Shown: piece by piece, positions 39,184-47,686 of the stretch | Layout of the letters: each line of letters begins with the position of its first letter | Numbering within the stretch: the first letter of the stretch is position 1 | The notes under the pieces: model-generated | What the model was told of the DNA's origin: nothing | Database searches by the model: none | Seen by the model: only the letters and a program-made list of their open reading frames with translations | Virus record (IMG/VR): IMGVR_UViG_3300027759_000046 | Span: 1-64,000 of that record | Length of the DNA stretch: 64,000 nt | Reading direction: 5' to 3' (one strand) | Made by a program: the position numbers and the translations under genes

Positions 39184-39887
39184 TGCAAAAGTTTAAGCAT
39201 TTCATATACGAGTCAAAGTTTGATTCGTTTTCAAATATTATTGCCGAAGAGATCCTTGAGATTGTCAAAGGCAGTACTACGAGCAAACGAACAATAACCC
39301 GTGATTTGAATTACGATGAGCCGGTCTCATTCTTCTTAACCTTAAGTATTACCCGATCAAAAACATTTTCTCCAGCCAAGAGCAAGAATTTCAAGAGTCT
39401 TCCTTGGGAAACTATCAATTTTGAAAGACGCGGCTTTGTAATAGATGCAAACTCCTACATTCCAGGAAATGATGAAGAACCTGAGATTGAAATGTTTATC
39501 GTAATTAGCCCAGAGGCTGAGCCGACCTGCTATCAAACTCTATATTTTAAAATCTTAGATATTATTCGCCACGAGATGGAGCACCTACTTCAAAAAGGCG
39601 CAAACCGACAAGCAGGTCATGCTGTTACAACAAGACAAAAGACTCGCACTGCCGCTGAAGAATCTTACGAATATTTTTTGCTACCTGATGAAATTCCATC
39701 AATGGTCTCGGGTATGCATTTAGCCGCGGCAAAAAAGAGAATTCCAATCGACGCAGAATTTGAGGACTACTTATTACCATTTATTAAATCCGGTTTTATA
39801 ACTCAAGCAGAAGCGGATAAAGTTATTAGTGTATGGTTAGACTTTGCAAGAAAGCACTTTCCAAATACAAAAGTAGGAATTAATTGA
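39183..39887 (+). CDS. Zincin-like (HEXXH) protein; candidate capsid-internal protein
   Basis: IIRHEMEHLLQ with a downstream YFLLPDEI glutamate. N-terminus MQKFKHFIYES. Confidence 0.7.
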   Translation: MQKFKHFIYESKFDSFSNIIAEEILEIVKGSTTSKRTITRDLNYDEPVSFFLTLSITRSKTFSPAKSKNFKSLPWETINFERRGFVIDANSYIPGNDEEPEIEMFIVISPEAEPTCYQTLYFKILDIIRHEMEHLLQKGANRQAGHAVTTRQKTRTAAEESYEYFLLPDEIPSMVSGMHLAAAKKRIPIDAEFEDYLLPFIKSGFITQAEADKVISVWLDFARKHFPNTKVGIN

Positions 39888-39916
39888 TATTCTGAATAAT
39901 ATTTACCACATTATTT

Positions 39917-39944
39917 AAAACCGGGTGAGACTCGGTAATATAAG
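39917..39944 (+). promoter_or_regulatory. Putative phage early/middle promoter AAAACC-N16-TATAAG
   Basis: Intergenic motif upstream of the Hc1-like gene. Confidence 0.6.
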
Positions 39945-39965
39945 ATACAAAAAACTGATTAAATT

Positions 39966-40157
39966 ATGAATCCACAATGGTTAGAAGATCTTAAAGCTGC
40001 AATGAGTCAGTTAGAAGCTGAAACAAGCAAATTCTACGAAAAGGGTAACAAATCAGCAGGAACACGCGCTCGTAAATCTTTACAAGATATCAAAGCTTTG
40101 TGTCAAGCAGGTCGTACTCACATTCAAGAGTCTAAAGTTGAAGCTCCTAAAGCTTAA
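39966..40157 (+). CDS. Histone H1-like (Hc1 family) small DNA-binding protein
   Basis: KFYEKGNKSAGTRARKSL matches the KGNKAAGTRARK signature of Hc1-family proteins. Confidence 0.8.
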   Translation: MNPQWLEDLKAAMSQLEAETSKFYEKGNKSAGTRARKSLQDIKALCQAGRTHIQESKVEAPKA

Positions 40158-40181
40158 TACAAGATCACACGAATTATCATT

Positions 40182-40214
40182 AAGGGCAAAGTTTTTAAAA
40201 CTTTGCCCTTTTTT
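40182..40214 (+). terminator. Rho-independent terminator
   Basis: 14-bp inverted repeat AAGGGCAAAGTTTT/AAAACTTTGCCCTT plus a T tract. Confidence 0.8.
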
Positions 40215-40217
40215 ATT

Positions 40218-40245
40218 GAAACTCCACCAACTTTTTTAGTACAAT
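40218..40245 (+). promoter_or_regulatory. Putative phage early/middle promoter GAAACT-N16-TACAAT
   Basis: Motif directly after the terminator and upstream of the gp32-like gene. Confidence 0.65.
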
Positions 40246-40277
40246 TTATAAGTAAACATTAAAAATCATAAAGAACA

Positions 40278-41321
40278 ATGGAAGATCTATTCAATCTCAA
40301 TCCAGATGATTTCTCAGGTAAATCATCTTCTGCCGCCCGCAAGACGGACGACAACATCTACAATCCAGGCCCAGACCAAGGCCAAAATGGAATCTACAAA
40401 TCGGTAATCCGTTTTATTCCATGGGTAGGAGACCCATCAAAGAGCAAGTACAAAAAGTACGCTGCTAAATTAGTTAACCCATTAACGAATGAGCGTCTAA
40501 TCGTAGACTGTCCATCAACTAATGGAGGACCTTCAATTCTTTGGTCTCTTGACTTAGAATTGAAAAAATTAGCAAACGAAGAGCCAACTGTAGTTGAAGA
40601 AATTCGCAAGTATTTCAATCGTTACTACAATTACTACTCTTGCGTTTACATCAAGAAAGATCCTCAATTCCCAGCGAATGAAGGCAAAATCAAAGTTTAT
40701 TCTTACGGATACACTATTGACAACTTGATCCAACAAGAGATCAATCCAGAAGCAGAGTTAGTTACGACTCAGAAAATCAATCCATTCTCTTTGACGCAAG
40801 GAAAAGATTTCGTATTGGTGATCAAGCGTAAAACAAAAGCATGGAGAGATTTTAGCTCAAGCAAATTCATGAGCGAAGTAAGTCCATTAATCATCACTCA
40901 CAATGGCAAAGAAATCCCAGTATCAAATGATCCAAAAGTAATGGGATTTGTGTCTGAATATTTCAAAAAGAATTCACCAGACTTAAGTCAATACTTCTAC
41001 AAAGAATGGACAGATGCAGAATACGAAAAAGTTGCAGAGTTTATCAAAGCAATCGTTCCGTACAAGCAAATCATTGATAACTTGGTTAGCAACTTGAAAG
41101 ATGAGAAAATGAAGAAATACTTCACTAACTCTAAACCAGTTTCTCGCACAGTTGCACCGGCCGGCGAAGACTTAGAGTTTACTCCAGCTCCAGCTCAAAC
41201 CAAAAGTGCAAGCGTATCAGTTGACTTAGACATGGATTTCGATTCTACGCCAGCTCCTGCTCCAGCTAAGGCTGCTGCAAAACCGGCTGATGACTTAGAC
41301 GATCTTTTTGCAGACCTTTAA
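40278..41321 (+). CDS. gp32: Single-stranded DNA-binding protein (T4 gp32-like)
   Basis: SVIRFIPW, YYSCVYIKKDPQFPANEGKIKVYSYG, INPFSLTQGKDFVL and an acidic tail ending DDLDDLFADL. Confidence 0.88.
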   Translation: MEDLFNLNPDDFSGKSSSAARKTDDNIYNPGPDQGQNGIYKSVIRFIPWVGDPSKSKYKKYAAKLVNPLTNERLIVDCPSTNGGPSILWSLDLELKKLANEEPTVVEEIRKYFNRYYNYYSCVYIKKDPQFPANEGKIKVYSYGYTIDNLIQQEINPEAELVTTQKINPFSLTQGKDFVLVIKRKTKAWRDFSSSKFMSEVSPLIITHNGKEIPVSNDPKVMGFVSEYFKKNSPDLSQYFYKEWTDAEYEKVAEFIKAIVPYKQIIDNLVSNLKDEKMKKYFTNSKPVSRTVAPAGEDLEFTPAPAQTKSASVSVDLDMDFDSTPAPAPAKAAAKPADDLDDLFADL

Positions 41322-41336
41322 AAATAACTGAATATC

Positions 41337-41651
41337 ATGTCAGAAAACACAGAACAAATAACCGAGATTGAAGACGTTGCTCAACAAGAGGCAATCGCTG
41401 AACCGAAACCGCCAATGGCAACATTGTTAGGCTCAATCAGCTACGAGAACCATAAAGATTACGAAAATTTTCTTAATGGCTTAACTCTTGAGCACGCTGC
41501 AATCGTGCTAATCTCAGCGGCAAATTACGCTCACACAAAGGGTGCATTTTCGCTGGATGAGTCTGAGCTAATTGCGAAAGCAATCAAGCGAATGACAACG
41601 AAGCCTGAGAACGACTCAGCTTCGAATACTGAACCTCAAACTGAGCAATAA
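41337..41651 (+). CDS. Hypothetical protein (104 aa)
   Basis: ORF tightly packed between gp32 and the RNase H gene. Confidence 0.75.
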   Translation: MSENTEQITEIEDVAQQEAIAEPKPPMATLLGSISYENHKDYENFLNGLTLEHAAIVLISAANYAHTKGAFSLDESELIAKAIKRMTTKPENDSASNTEPQTEQ

Positions 41652-41653
41652 AA

Positions 41654-42766
41654 ATGAATATAGTAATCGACGGTAATGCTTTTCTAAACGTTGCGACAAG
41701 TATCGTTAAGAACATCCTCTCTGCAGATAAGCGTATCGGCGAGAAATACTATGTGTCAGATTTATTATCAGATGAAGAATTCATTCTCAAACAGGCAAGC
41801 AAAGATGCTTTTAGATCGTTCTCTCTGAATTATTTAGGAAGCATCTTTGCACCGTTTAAGGATAACATTACGTCAGTATTTTTTGTATTCGACTCTAAGA
41901 GCTGGAGAAAGAAATTTATCAAAGAACATTTTGCGGAGCACGGTGAAGGCGACTTCAGCTACAAAGGCCAACGTAAGTATGATGACAAAATCTATCTGTT
42001 TTTTGATTATTTCCAAAATGATATTCTTCCCACTCTAACTGACGAATACGGTATTCTAGCAAACCGAGTACAAGGAGCCGAGGGCGATGACCTAATTGCT
42101 TACATCTGCGAAAATCTTAAAGAAGATATCTGCATCTGGTCAGTTGATAAAGATTTAACTCAATTACTAGAGAGCCGTGACCGTAAAGTTATTCTGCTAA
42201 TGCCTAAACAGCAAACCAAATTTAAAAAGGTTTACACAACAGAAGATTTCGATTCTCAGCCAGTTCAACCGGATATTGACCTATTTAATTTTGAAATGGG
42301 ATCGATAGACAACTCAACGGTTGCAAATGTTATCAATGATCTAGTTAAAAAAGACTATCAACATTTTAAGATAGATCCAGCACTAGACGTCTTAACTAAA
42401 GTAATTGCAGGTGATCAATCTGACAATATTCCAAGATCTCATCCTAAACTAACTGCATCAAAGGTAACTAGAGTAATTGAGTTAATGAGAGAACGTGCAG
42501 ACTGGCCGTCTATTAAATATCTAATAGACCAGAATGATTCTGGGTTCATGGAAGCATTGAATGATGTAATATGTGAAGTGCTAAAGATAAGTGATTCTGG
42601 TGAAAGCCTGACGATCAGAAACAACCTAAGCCGTAATCGTACAATAATTCGATTAAGCACAGCGGTATTTCCACAGGAAATCACAGAGGCTATTGCAAAC
42701 TCCGTTAAACTTGAAAACCGTAGACGTTTTAACTATTTTAAATTTAAAAAAACATATAAGAGCTAA
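41654..42766 (+). CDS. rnh: 5'-3' exonuclease / RNase H (T4 rnh, FEN-like)
   Basis: IVIDGN, FVFDSKSWRK, YKGQRK, EGDDLIA, SVDKDLTQL and GDQSDNIP. Confidence 0.88.
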   Translation: MNIVIDGNAFLNVATSIVKNILSADKRIGEKYYVSDLLSDEEFILKQASKDAFRSFSLNYLGSIFAPFKDNITSVFFVFDSKSWRKKFIKEHFAEHGEGDFSYKGQRKYDDKIYLFFDYFQNDILPTLTDEYGILANRVQGAEGDDLIAYICENLKEDICIWSVDKDLTQLLESRDRKVILLMPKQQTKFKKVYTTEDFDSQPVQPDIDLFNFEMGSIDNSTVANVINDLVKKDYQHFKIDPALDVLTKVIAGDQSDNIPRSHPKLTASKVTRVIELMRERADWPSIKYLIDQNDSGFMEALNDVICEVLKISDSGESLTIRNNLSRNRTIIRLSTAVFPQEITEAIANSVKLENRRRFNYFKFKKTYKS

Positions 42767-43092
42767 TGAGCGAAAATAAAGAATTTACACCGTTATTCGA
42801 AAGAGTCCTAATTAAGCCGGACAGTGTCGAAACCAAAACAGAGACAGGCATCATCTTACCAGTTGAGTCCCGTAAACGTCCAAATACAGGCATTGTTATT
42901 TCGCTAGGTCACCTAGTTTCAGATAACTCAAAATGCCCAGTAAAAGAAGGCGACCGCGTTTTATACCAGAGATACTCTGGCTTAGATGTGAAAGTAAATG
43001 GCGAAGCGCATCATTTAGTTATGGCCAACGATTTAGTTGGAATTATAAATAATAATGCAAATAGCACAATTGAAATCGCAGACTATGCTTAA
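42766..43092 (+). CDS. groES: Co-chaperonin GroES
   Basis: PLFERVLIK, mobile loop KTETGIILP, VKEGDRVLY..YSG and DLVGII. Confidence 0.92.
   Translation: MSENKEFTPLFERVLIKPDSVETKTETGIILPVESRKRPNTGIVISLGHLVSDNSKCPVKEGDRVLYQRYSGLDVKVNGEAHHLVMANDLVGIINNNANSTIEIADYA
43045..43052 (+). promoter_or_regulatory. Late promoter motif (T)ATAAATAA embedded in the groES 3' end
   Basis: TATAAATAA about 33 nt upstream of the HAD-gene ATG at 43085. Confidence 0.55.
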
Positions 43093-43660
43093 GAAATTCT
43101 CACAATTCATTAATGAAAAACGCGGCGGAACTAAACAGATCTTCTGTGATCTAGACGGAGTTATCGTTGATTTCAATCGAGGTTTTAAAAACATTGAAGC
43201 AAACGACGATAAGCTGACTCCTGAAAAATACAATGACAAGCACGGTAAGCATTCCATGTGGAAAATTGTAGATCCGGAAGGCGAAAAGTTTTGGGCAAGA
43301 TTAAAGTGGATGAAAGATGGTAGAGAGTTATGGGATTACCTATCTCAATATGACCCAATCATTCTGTCTTCACCTAGTCGTAGCAAACACTCAATTCCAG
43401 GTAAAATGGAATGGATTAAGAGAAATCTTGGAATAAATCAAGCCAAACCAACTACATCAGCATCAGATTGGGATCCAGCTAGTCGAATCATCTTAAGTTC
43501 AGACAAATTCAAATTTGCAAGATCCAAAGACGATATCCTAATTGACGATACTCGTGCTAAGTTGGACAAATGGACAGCCGCTGGTGGAACAGGTATATTC
43601 CACAACGATGCAACTGATACAATTCGAGTTCTCGAGGAAATCTTTACGAAAAACGATTAA
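43085..43660 (+). CDS. HAD-superfamily 5'(3')-deoxyribonucleotidase-like protein
   Basis: IFCDLDGVIVDF (motif I), ILSSP, K..W and ILIDD (motif IV). Start moved from 43055 to ATG 43085 (MLKKFSQFINE), overlapping the groES stop. Confidence 0.85.
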   Translation: MLKKFSQFINEKRGGTKQIFCDLDGVIVDFNRGFKNIEANDDKLTPEKYNDKHGKHSMWKIVDPEGEKFWARLKWMKDGRELWDYLSQYDPIILSSPSRSKHSIPGKMEWIKRNLGINQAKPTTSASDWDPASRIILSSDKFKFARSKDDILIDDTRAKLDKWTAAGGTGIFHNDATDTIRVLEEIFTKND

Positions 43661-43718
43661 AAAGTTCTTGGACTTAAACCAAGTGGTGGATCTCTGACCA
43701 ATTCCGGTCGGCCCTAAC

Positions 43719-43750
43719 AAAAAAAGGACTCTTTCGAGTCCTTTTTTTTT
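43719..43750. terminator. Bidirectional Rho-independent terminator
   Basis: A7-GGACTC-TTTC-GAGTCC-T9 between convergent genes. Confidence 0.88.
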
Positions 43751-43781
43751 GTCTTAATTCAAACCGTTAAAAAGCAAGAGT

Positions 43782-43943
43782 TTACTTATTTTTAACGATT
43801 GACCAAATACCGCCTGCTAGTGTTAAAACCGCACCAGTTAGTTCAGCATTTAAAGCGTCTGTAAGAATGCCTCTCATAATGAGAATACCGCCAACAAAGG
43901 TAAGTGTGTGTCTAACGATTCCTAGAAATTGTTCTTTTGTCAT
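43782..43943 (-). CDS. Small two-TM membrane protein, putative holin (53 aa)
   Basis: Missing from the ORF track. Hand translation: MTKEQFLGIVRHTLTFVGGILIMRGILTDALNAELTGAVLTLAGGIWSIVKNK, with two hydrophobic helices and a basic C-terminus. Confidence 0.75.
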   Translation of the reverse strand: MTKEQFLGIVRHTLTFVGGILIMRGILTDALNAELTGAVLTLAGGIWSIVKNK

Positions 43944-44000
43944 GTTTTTGTTGTTTTTTTTATTACAAAGGCCCTGTTAAGCTGAGTCCTAATTTTTTTC

Positions 44001-47000
44001 TTAGAAAGAAGGCGTAAATCCAGTTGAGTTAGAAGCAAGTTGACCTCCAGCTCTTGTGATTGTAATACGGTTGATAAATTTGTGGATTCCACGTGGGAAG
44101 TCTACAATAATATCGATGATACCTGCATTATTCTCAAGAACTTCTGATCCATTGTTTGAATCATCAAAGATAACTTCAGCGCTTGCAATACCTCTAGCGT
44201 CTTGAACAGCTGCTAAGTAATTCTTAACTAGAGTTTTAACTCTCATACGAGTAGTTACATCATTAAAGTCAAATAAGAAGTTCAATAAGATTCTTTCAAT
44301 ATCTCTTTCAATTGTAACTAGAGCCTCTCTAACGTGGATGTTATTAAGAGCAGATTTTACTCTTTGGTAACCTGTGTTGTTTGAGAATACCATTACTCCG
44401 AAACCTCTACGTCTAACGATCAAGTTGAAACCAACTGGCTCTAAGAAATCACGATCTTCATTTGTTAAATCATATTCTAATCCAGAGATTTCTCCATCAG
44501 TTAAAATACCGCGTTTACCGCCTACAATTGAGAAAGTATTTCCGCTTGTGTATTTTTTCATGAACGCATTTGCAACGTACATTGCCGGTGGAATTGATTT
44601 GTTCTTACCGCTTTCAAAGATTACAACGTTTGGCATGAAATATGAAGAGTAAGAAGAGATTGGAATACCATTCTTATCTCCACTTGCAAATCCCATTGTA
44701 AACGCTGGATTTGAGTTTAAGTCTCCACCTGTTGCAATTGCTGCAGGCGAAACTAATCTAGTTGTTAGATCGATAAAGCTTGGATCAGCAGATCTTTCAT
44801 ATTGAGCAAATGATGGTGCATTACAGATAGCTAGTGCTTTTCCGTGATTTGCAGCAAGTTGAACAATTTGTTGTTTTGAGCTTGGTGAAATTTGACCTTC
44901 GAATGAATCGATAATATAACGGAAATCAACGGTCTCATTGTCAGCCAATGTCATTCCTAAGTTACTACCTTCCATTACGAAATCTAAGATCTTATCTTGA
45001 CGATCAGAAGTTCCATTTGGATAAAGGTCTACATCTGCTAATTTAAGAGCAGGAAGTATTGCACCTTTTAAGCTCTTAACGTAGTTTTTAATTCCTTTAA
45101 ATACTCTGATTGTAGAACCGTCAAAGTTAATTCCTAAGTTATTTCCATCAACTGATGATTCAGTTGTGATTGTGTACTTAAGAGTAGTTACTGTGCTGCT
45201 TGATGGCCCAAACGCAGTTTTTTGTATTTTTTGAGCGTATACTGATTTAATACGTAGTGCACGGCCTCTTTCAAGAGGATCGCCATTACTGTCAGTTTTG
45301 ATTTTTGCTTTGATGTATTGACCCGGTTTAAAGAAGTTATCTACAGTAAGTCTTTTTGATGAACTGTAAGAGTATCCAGCTGCAGCATTTGCAGTAGCAC
45401 TTTCATTTTTTGCAGGGTTTCCATAAAGAGTTGGATCAACTTCAAAAACAATTTTGTTTGGAGCAAAATAGCTAAAGTTAATAAACATGTCAGTGTCGCT
45501 TAGATCAAAATCATGTTTAAATGAATCAGCTGTCGCATTTACAATCCATAAGTATTCATCACCACCATCTAAAATAGTTTCAATATCTACTTGATTTGTT
45601 CTTGTGATGTCTGCGTAAACCGAGAATACTAAGTATTTTACTGAGTTTTGAGTTTTAAATTCTCCGTCAGTTCCAATGTATAAAGTTTGAACATTACTTG
45701 AAGCATCTGTGTACTTCAATAAGTCTCCGCTTTTAACGAATCCATTAGAGTATGCATTGTACAATTTGCTACCTTCAACTGCAATAATATTTGTAGTTGC
45801 GTTTAGATCAACGTAAGTTTCTCCGTTTGCGTAAGTTGAAGAATATGTGTCAACTGCAAAATAGAAAGTCGAATCAGTTGGCTTAGTGTAAGATAGTGTA
45901 TCAATAAGAGCAACTGGATCAATTCCAGTAATACCATTATCTACAGTGTATAGAGTTTTAGCAGTGTCTGTCGTATTTAATTCATCAACACCATAACCAA
46001 CTAAGTCAATACGTTGTTCAGCCATAGGCTCAGTAGAAGATCCACTATCAAATGTTGCATTAGTTAAGTCAATTAAGTCTACTTTTCTTGAATCAAGAGC
46101 GCAATAGATTCCAATTTGAGGAAATAATCTGTTGAAATTTGTATCTAATGAAACAAATGTACCAGTTAAATCTCTAAAGTCTGGAATAATACAACCTTGA
46201 GTTTTTGCAAGTAACTTAACCTCTTTTAGAGAAACGAAATCTCCGAGTTTAGAATCAATAATACCTGCTGCTGTGAAGTACTGTTTGTAAACTGGATCAG
46301 TTGACAATTTCAAGTAATCATTCCAATTACCTTCAACCACTACTAATTCAACAAAATAGTCAGCAACAATATCATCTGGATTTAAAAATTCCGGAATTTC
46401 AACCTTATCTCCTAACAAACGATAGTAATCCTTAACGCTAATATCATAACCGTTAGTATCAGCTACTCTAACCCAAGCAGTTACGTCTTTTCTAGATAAA
46501 TTAACTAACGTTAAAATTTTGTTAGCATCCTTATCAGCTTCACCGTATGTGCCTGGACTAAGAATATAATCATCTCCTAGTTTAATGTTCTTGTACTTAT
46601 TAATTTGAGCAGCGTCAGCAAACCATAACTTTTGAGTGTTATAGAAATGAGACATTGCGTCAGAATTTGAGTTAGCTGACCAAGTTGAGTTATTCGAAGC
46701 AGCTTCGGAGTTAAAGGTCTTAAAGTAAGCAATATCACTATCACTAACTGGTAAAACGTTCAATGCATAAACTGGTCCTTGTCTTAACCCTACGTCTATC
46801 GTACGATGAAAATAGCTACCATTTTTTTCTAATTTAGTATCGATTTCGCCGTATACTGCGTTTAGTGTTCGAGAGTCGTTTACGAGTACTACTGAATTGA
46901 TTGGTCCTTTTTTGCTAGAGCCAATCACAAGTCTACCGGTTGAAATCGGAAGACTTAGGTTAGTGCTTTCGTCAATTTCAATTGTGTATACACCACTGGA

Positions 47001-47033
47001 CTTGAACCTGTTCAGATTTAATTTTTCTGCCAT
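44001..47033 (-). CDS. gp18: Contractile tail sheath protein (T4 gp18-like)
   Basis: N-terminal FKSSGVYTIEIDES..GSSKKGPIN. C-terminal IPPAMYVA, NLIVRRRGFGVMVFSNNT, ALNNIHVREAL and NDVTTRMRV. Late motifs at 47059-47070. Confidence 0.93.
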   Translation of the reverse strand: MAEKLNLNRFKSSGVYTIEIDESTNLSLPISTGRLVIGSSKKGPINSVVLVNDSRTLNAVYGEIDTKLEKNGSYFHRTIDVGLRQGPVYALNVLPVSDSDIAYFKTFNSEAASNNSTWSANSNSDAMSHFYNTQKLWFADAAQINKYKNIKLGDDYILSPGTYGEADKDANKILTLVNLSRKDVTAWVRVADTNGYDISVKDYYRLLGDKVEIPEFLNPDDIVADYFVELVVVEGNWNDYLKLSTDPVYKQYFTAAGIIDSKLGDFVSLKEVKLLAKTQGCIIPDFRDLTGTFVSLDTNFNRLFPQIGIYCALDSRKVDLIDLTNATFDSGSSTEPMAEQRIDLVGYGVDELNTTDTAKTLYTVDNGITGIDPVALIDTLSYTKPTDSTFYFAVDTYSSTYANGETYVDLNATTNIIAVEGSKLYNAYSNGFVKSGDLLKYTDASSNVQTLYIGTDGEFKTQNSVKYLVFSVYADITRTNQVDIETILDGGDEYLWIVNATADSFKHDFDLSDTDMFINFSYFAPNKIVFEVDPTLYGNPAKNESATANAAAGYSYSSSKRLTVDNFFKPGQYIKAKIKTDSNGDPLERGRALRIKSVYAQKIQKTAFGPSSSTVTTLKYTITTESSVDGNNLGINFDGSTIRVFKGIKNYVKSLKGAILPALKLADVDLYPNGTSDRQDKILDFVMEGSNLGMTLADNETVDFRYIIDSFEGQISPSSKQQIVQLAANHGKALAICNAPSFAQYERSADPSFIDLTTRLVSPAAIATGGDLNSNPAFTMGFASGDKNGIPISSYSSYFMPNVVIFESGKNKSIPPAMYVANAFMKKYTSGNTFSIVGGKRGILTDGEISGLEYDLTNEDRDFLEPVGFNLIVRRRGFGVMVFSNNTGYQRVKSALNNIHVREALVTIERDIERILLNFLFDFNDVTTRMRVKTLVKNYLAAVQDARGIASAEVIFDDSNNGSEVLENNAGIIDIIVDFPRGIHKFINRITITRAGGQLASNSTGFTPSF

Positions 47034-47058
47034 CGCGTGCTATTGTTATTTTTTAAAG

Positions 47059-47070
47059 TTATTTATTTAT
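47059..47070 (-). promoter_or_regulatory. Overlapping late promoter motifs ATAAATAAATAA
   Basis: Upstream of the sheath ATG at 47033. A further copy lies at 47123-47130. Confidence 0.65.
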
Positions 47071-47201
47071 CAATCTATTCCCAAAATTGAGCTATTTTAA
47101 GTCTAGTTTGCTATTGCTAGAGTTATTTATCAGCAACCAAGGTGCTAAACTTAAACCCTTTTTCATTTATCGAATAAAAGAAACTATAAAACTGTACAAA
47201 T

Positions 47202-47669
47202 ATGGCAAATACTGACAATTCTTGCGCGAATTTAGAAATTGAAAACCTTTACTCAGCTAGCAAAGATACGCTAGGTGACATCATGACAATCCAGGCCGAG
47301 ACTCAAAAAAATGTTTACGGCTATAACTTCCAAGACATGACATTACGTGATTTAATGACCTTTTGGCACATGAATAATCATGCAATGATCGACGAGATCC
47401 ACGAGGCAACTGATGCTCTTGGCGGAATCAAAGACGGTGCAGGCAATGCAATCTGGAAGCGTTGGAAACAGGCTCACGAGAGCTTCTCTGACAAGAGATT
47501 CTCTGATCTATCTGAATCTGATCAACTTGAATGCAAATTTGAGATTGTGGACATACTGCACTTCTTTATGAATTATGCAATCTCAGTCGGAATGACTCCT
47601 CAGGAAATGTACAATATGTACATGTCAAAGAATGAAGAAAACCGAGCTCGTCAACAGAGAGGCTATTAA
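47202..47669 (+). CDS. gp56: dCTP/dUTP pyrophosphatase (T4 gp56-like, all-alpha NTP-PPase)
   Basis: NSCANL, IDEIHE, AIWKRWK, SDQLECKFEIVDILHFFMN and KNEENRARQQRGY parallel T4 gp56 (NECAHL, AVWKKWK, EDQLEIKFELVDIFHFVLN, KNKHNFERQDNGY). Confidence 0.85.
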   Translation: MANTDNSCANLEIENLYSASKDTLGDIMTIQAETQKNVYGYNFQDMTLRDLMTFWHMNNHAMIDEIHEATDALGGIKDGAGNAIWKRWKQAHESFSDKRFSDLSESDQLECKFEIVDILHFFMNYAISVGMTPQEMYNMYMSKNEENRARQQRGY

Positions 47670-47686
47670 TTTAGTATAATAATTTC

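Noticed and set aside
43660-43718. tRNA-like fragment (CTTGG-7nt-CCAAG stem-loop and a GGAATTGGT D-loop-like stretch on the minus strand)
   Set aside because: No T-loop (GTTCRA), no acceptor stem, and wrong spacing between the arms.
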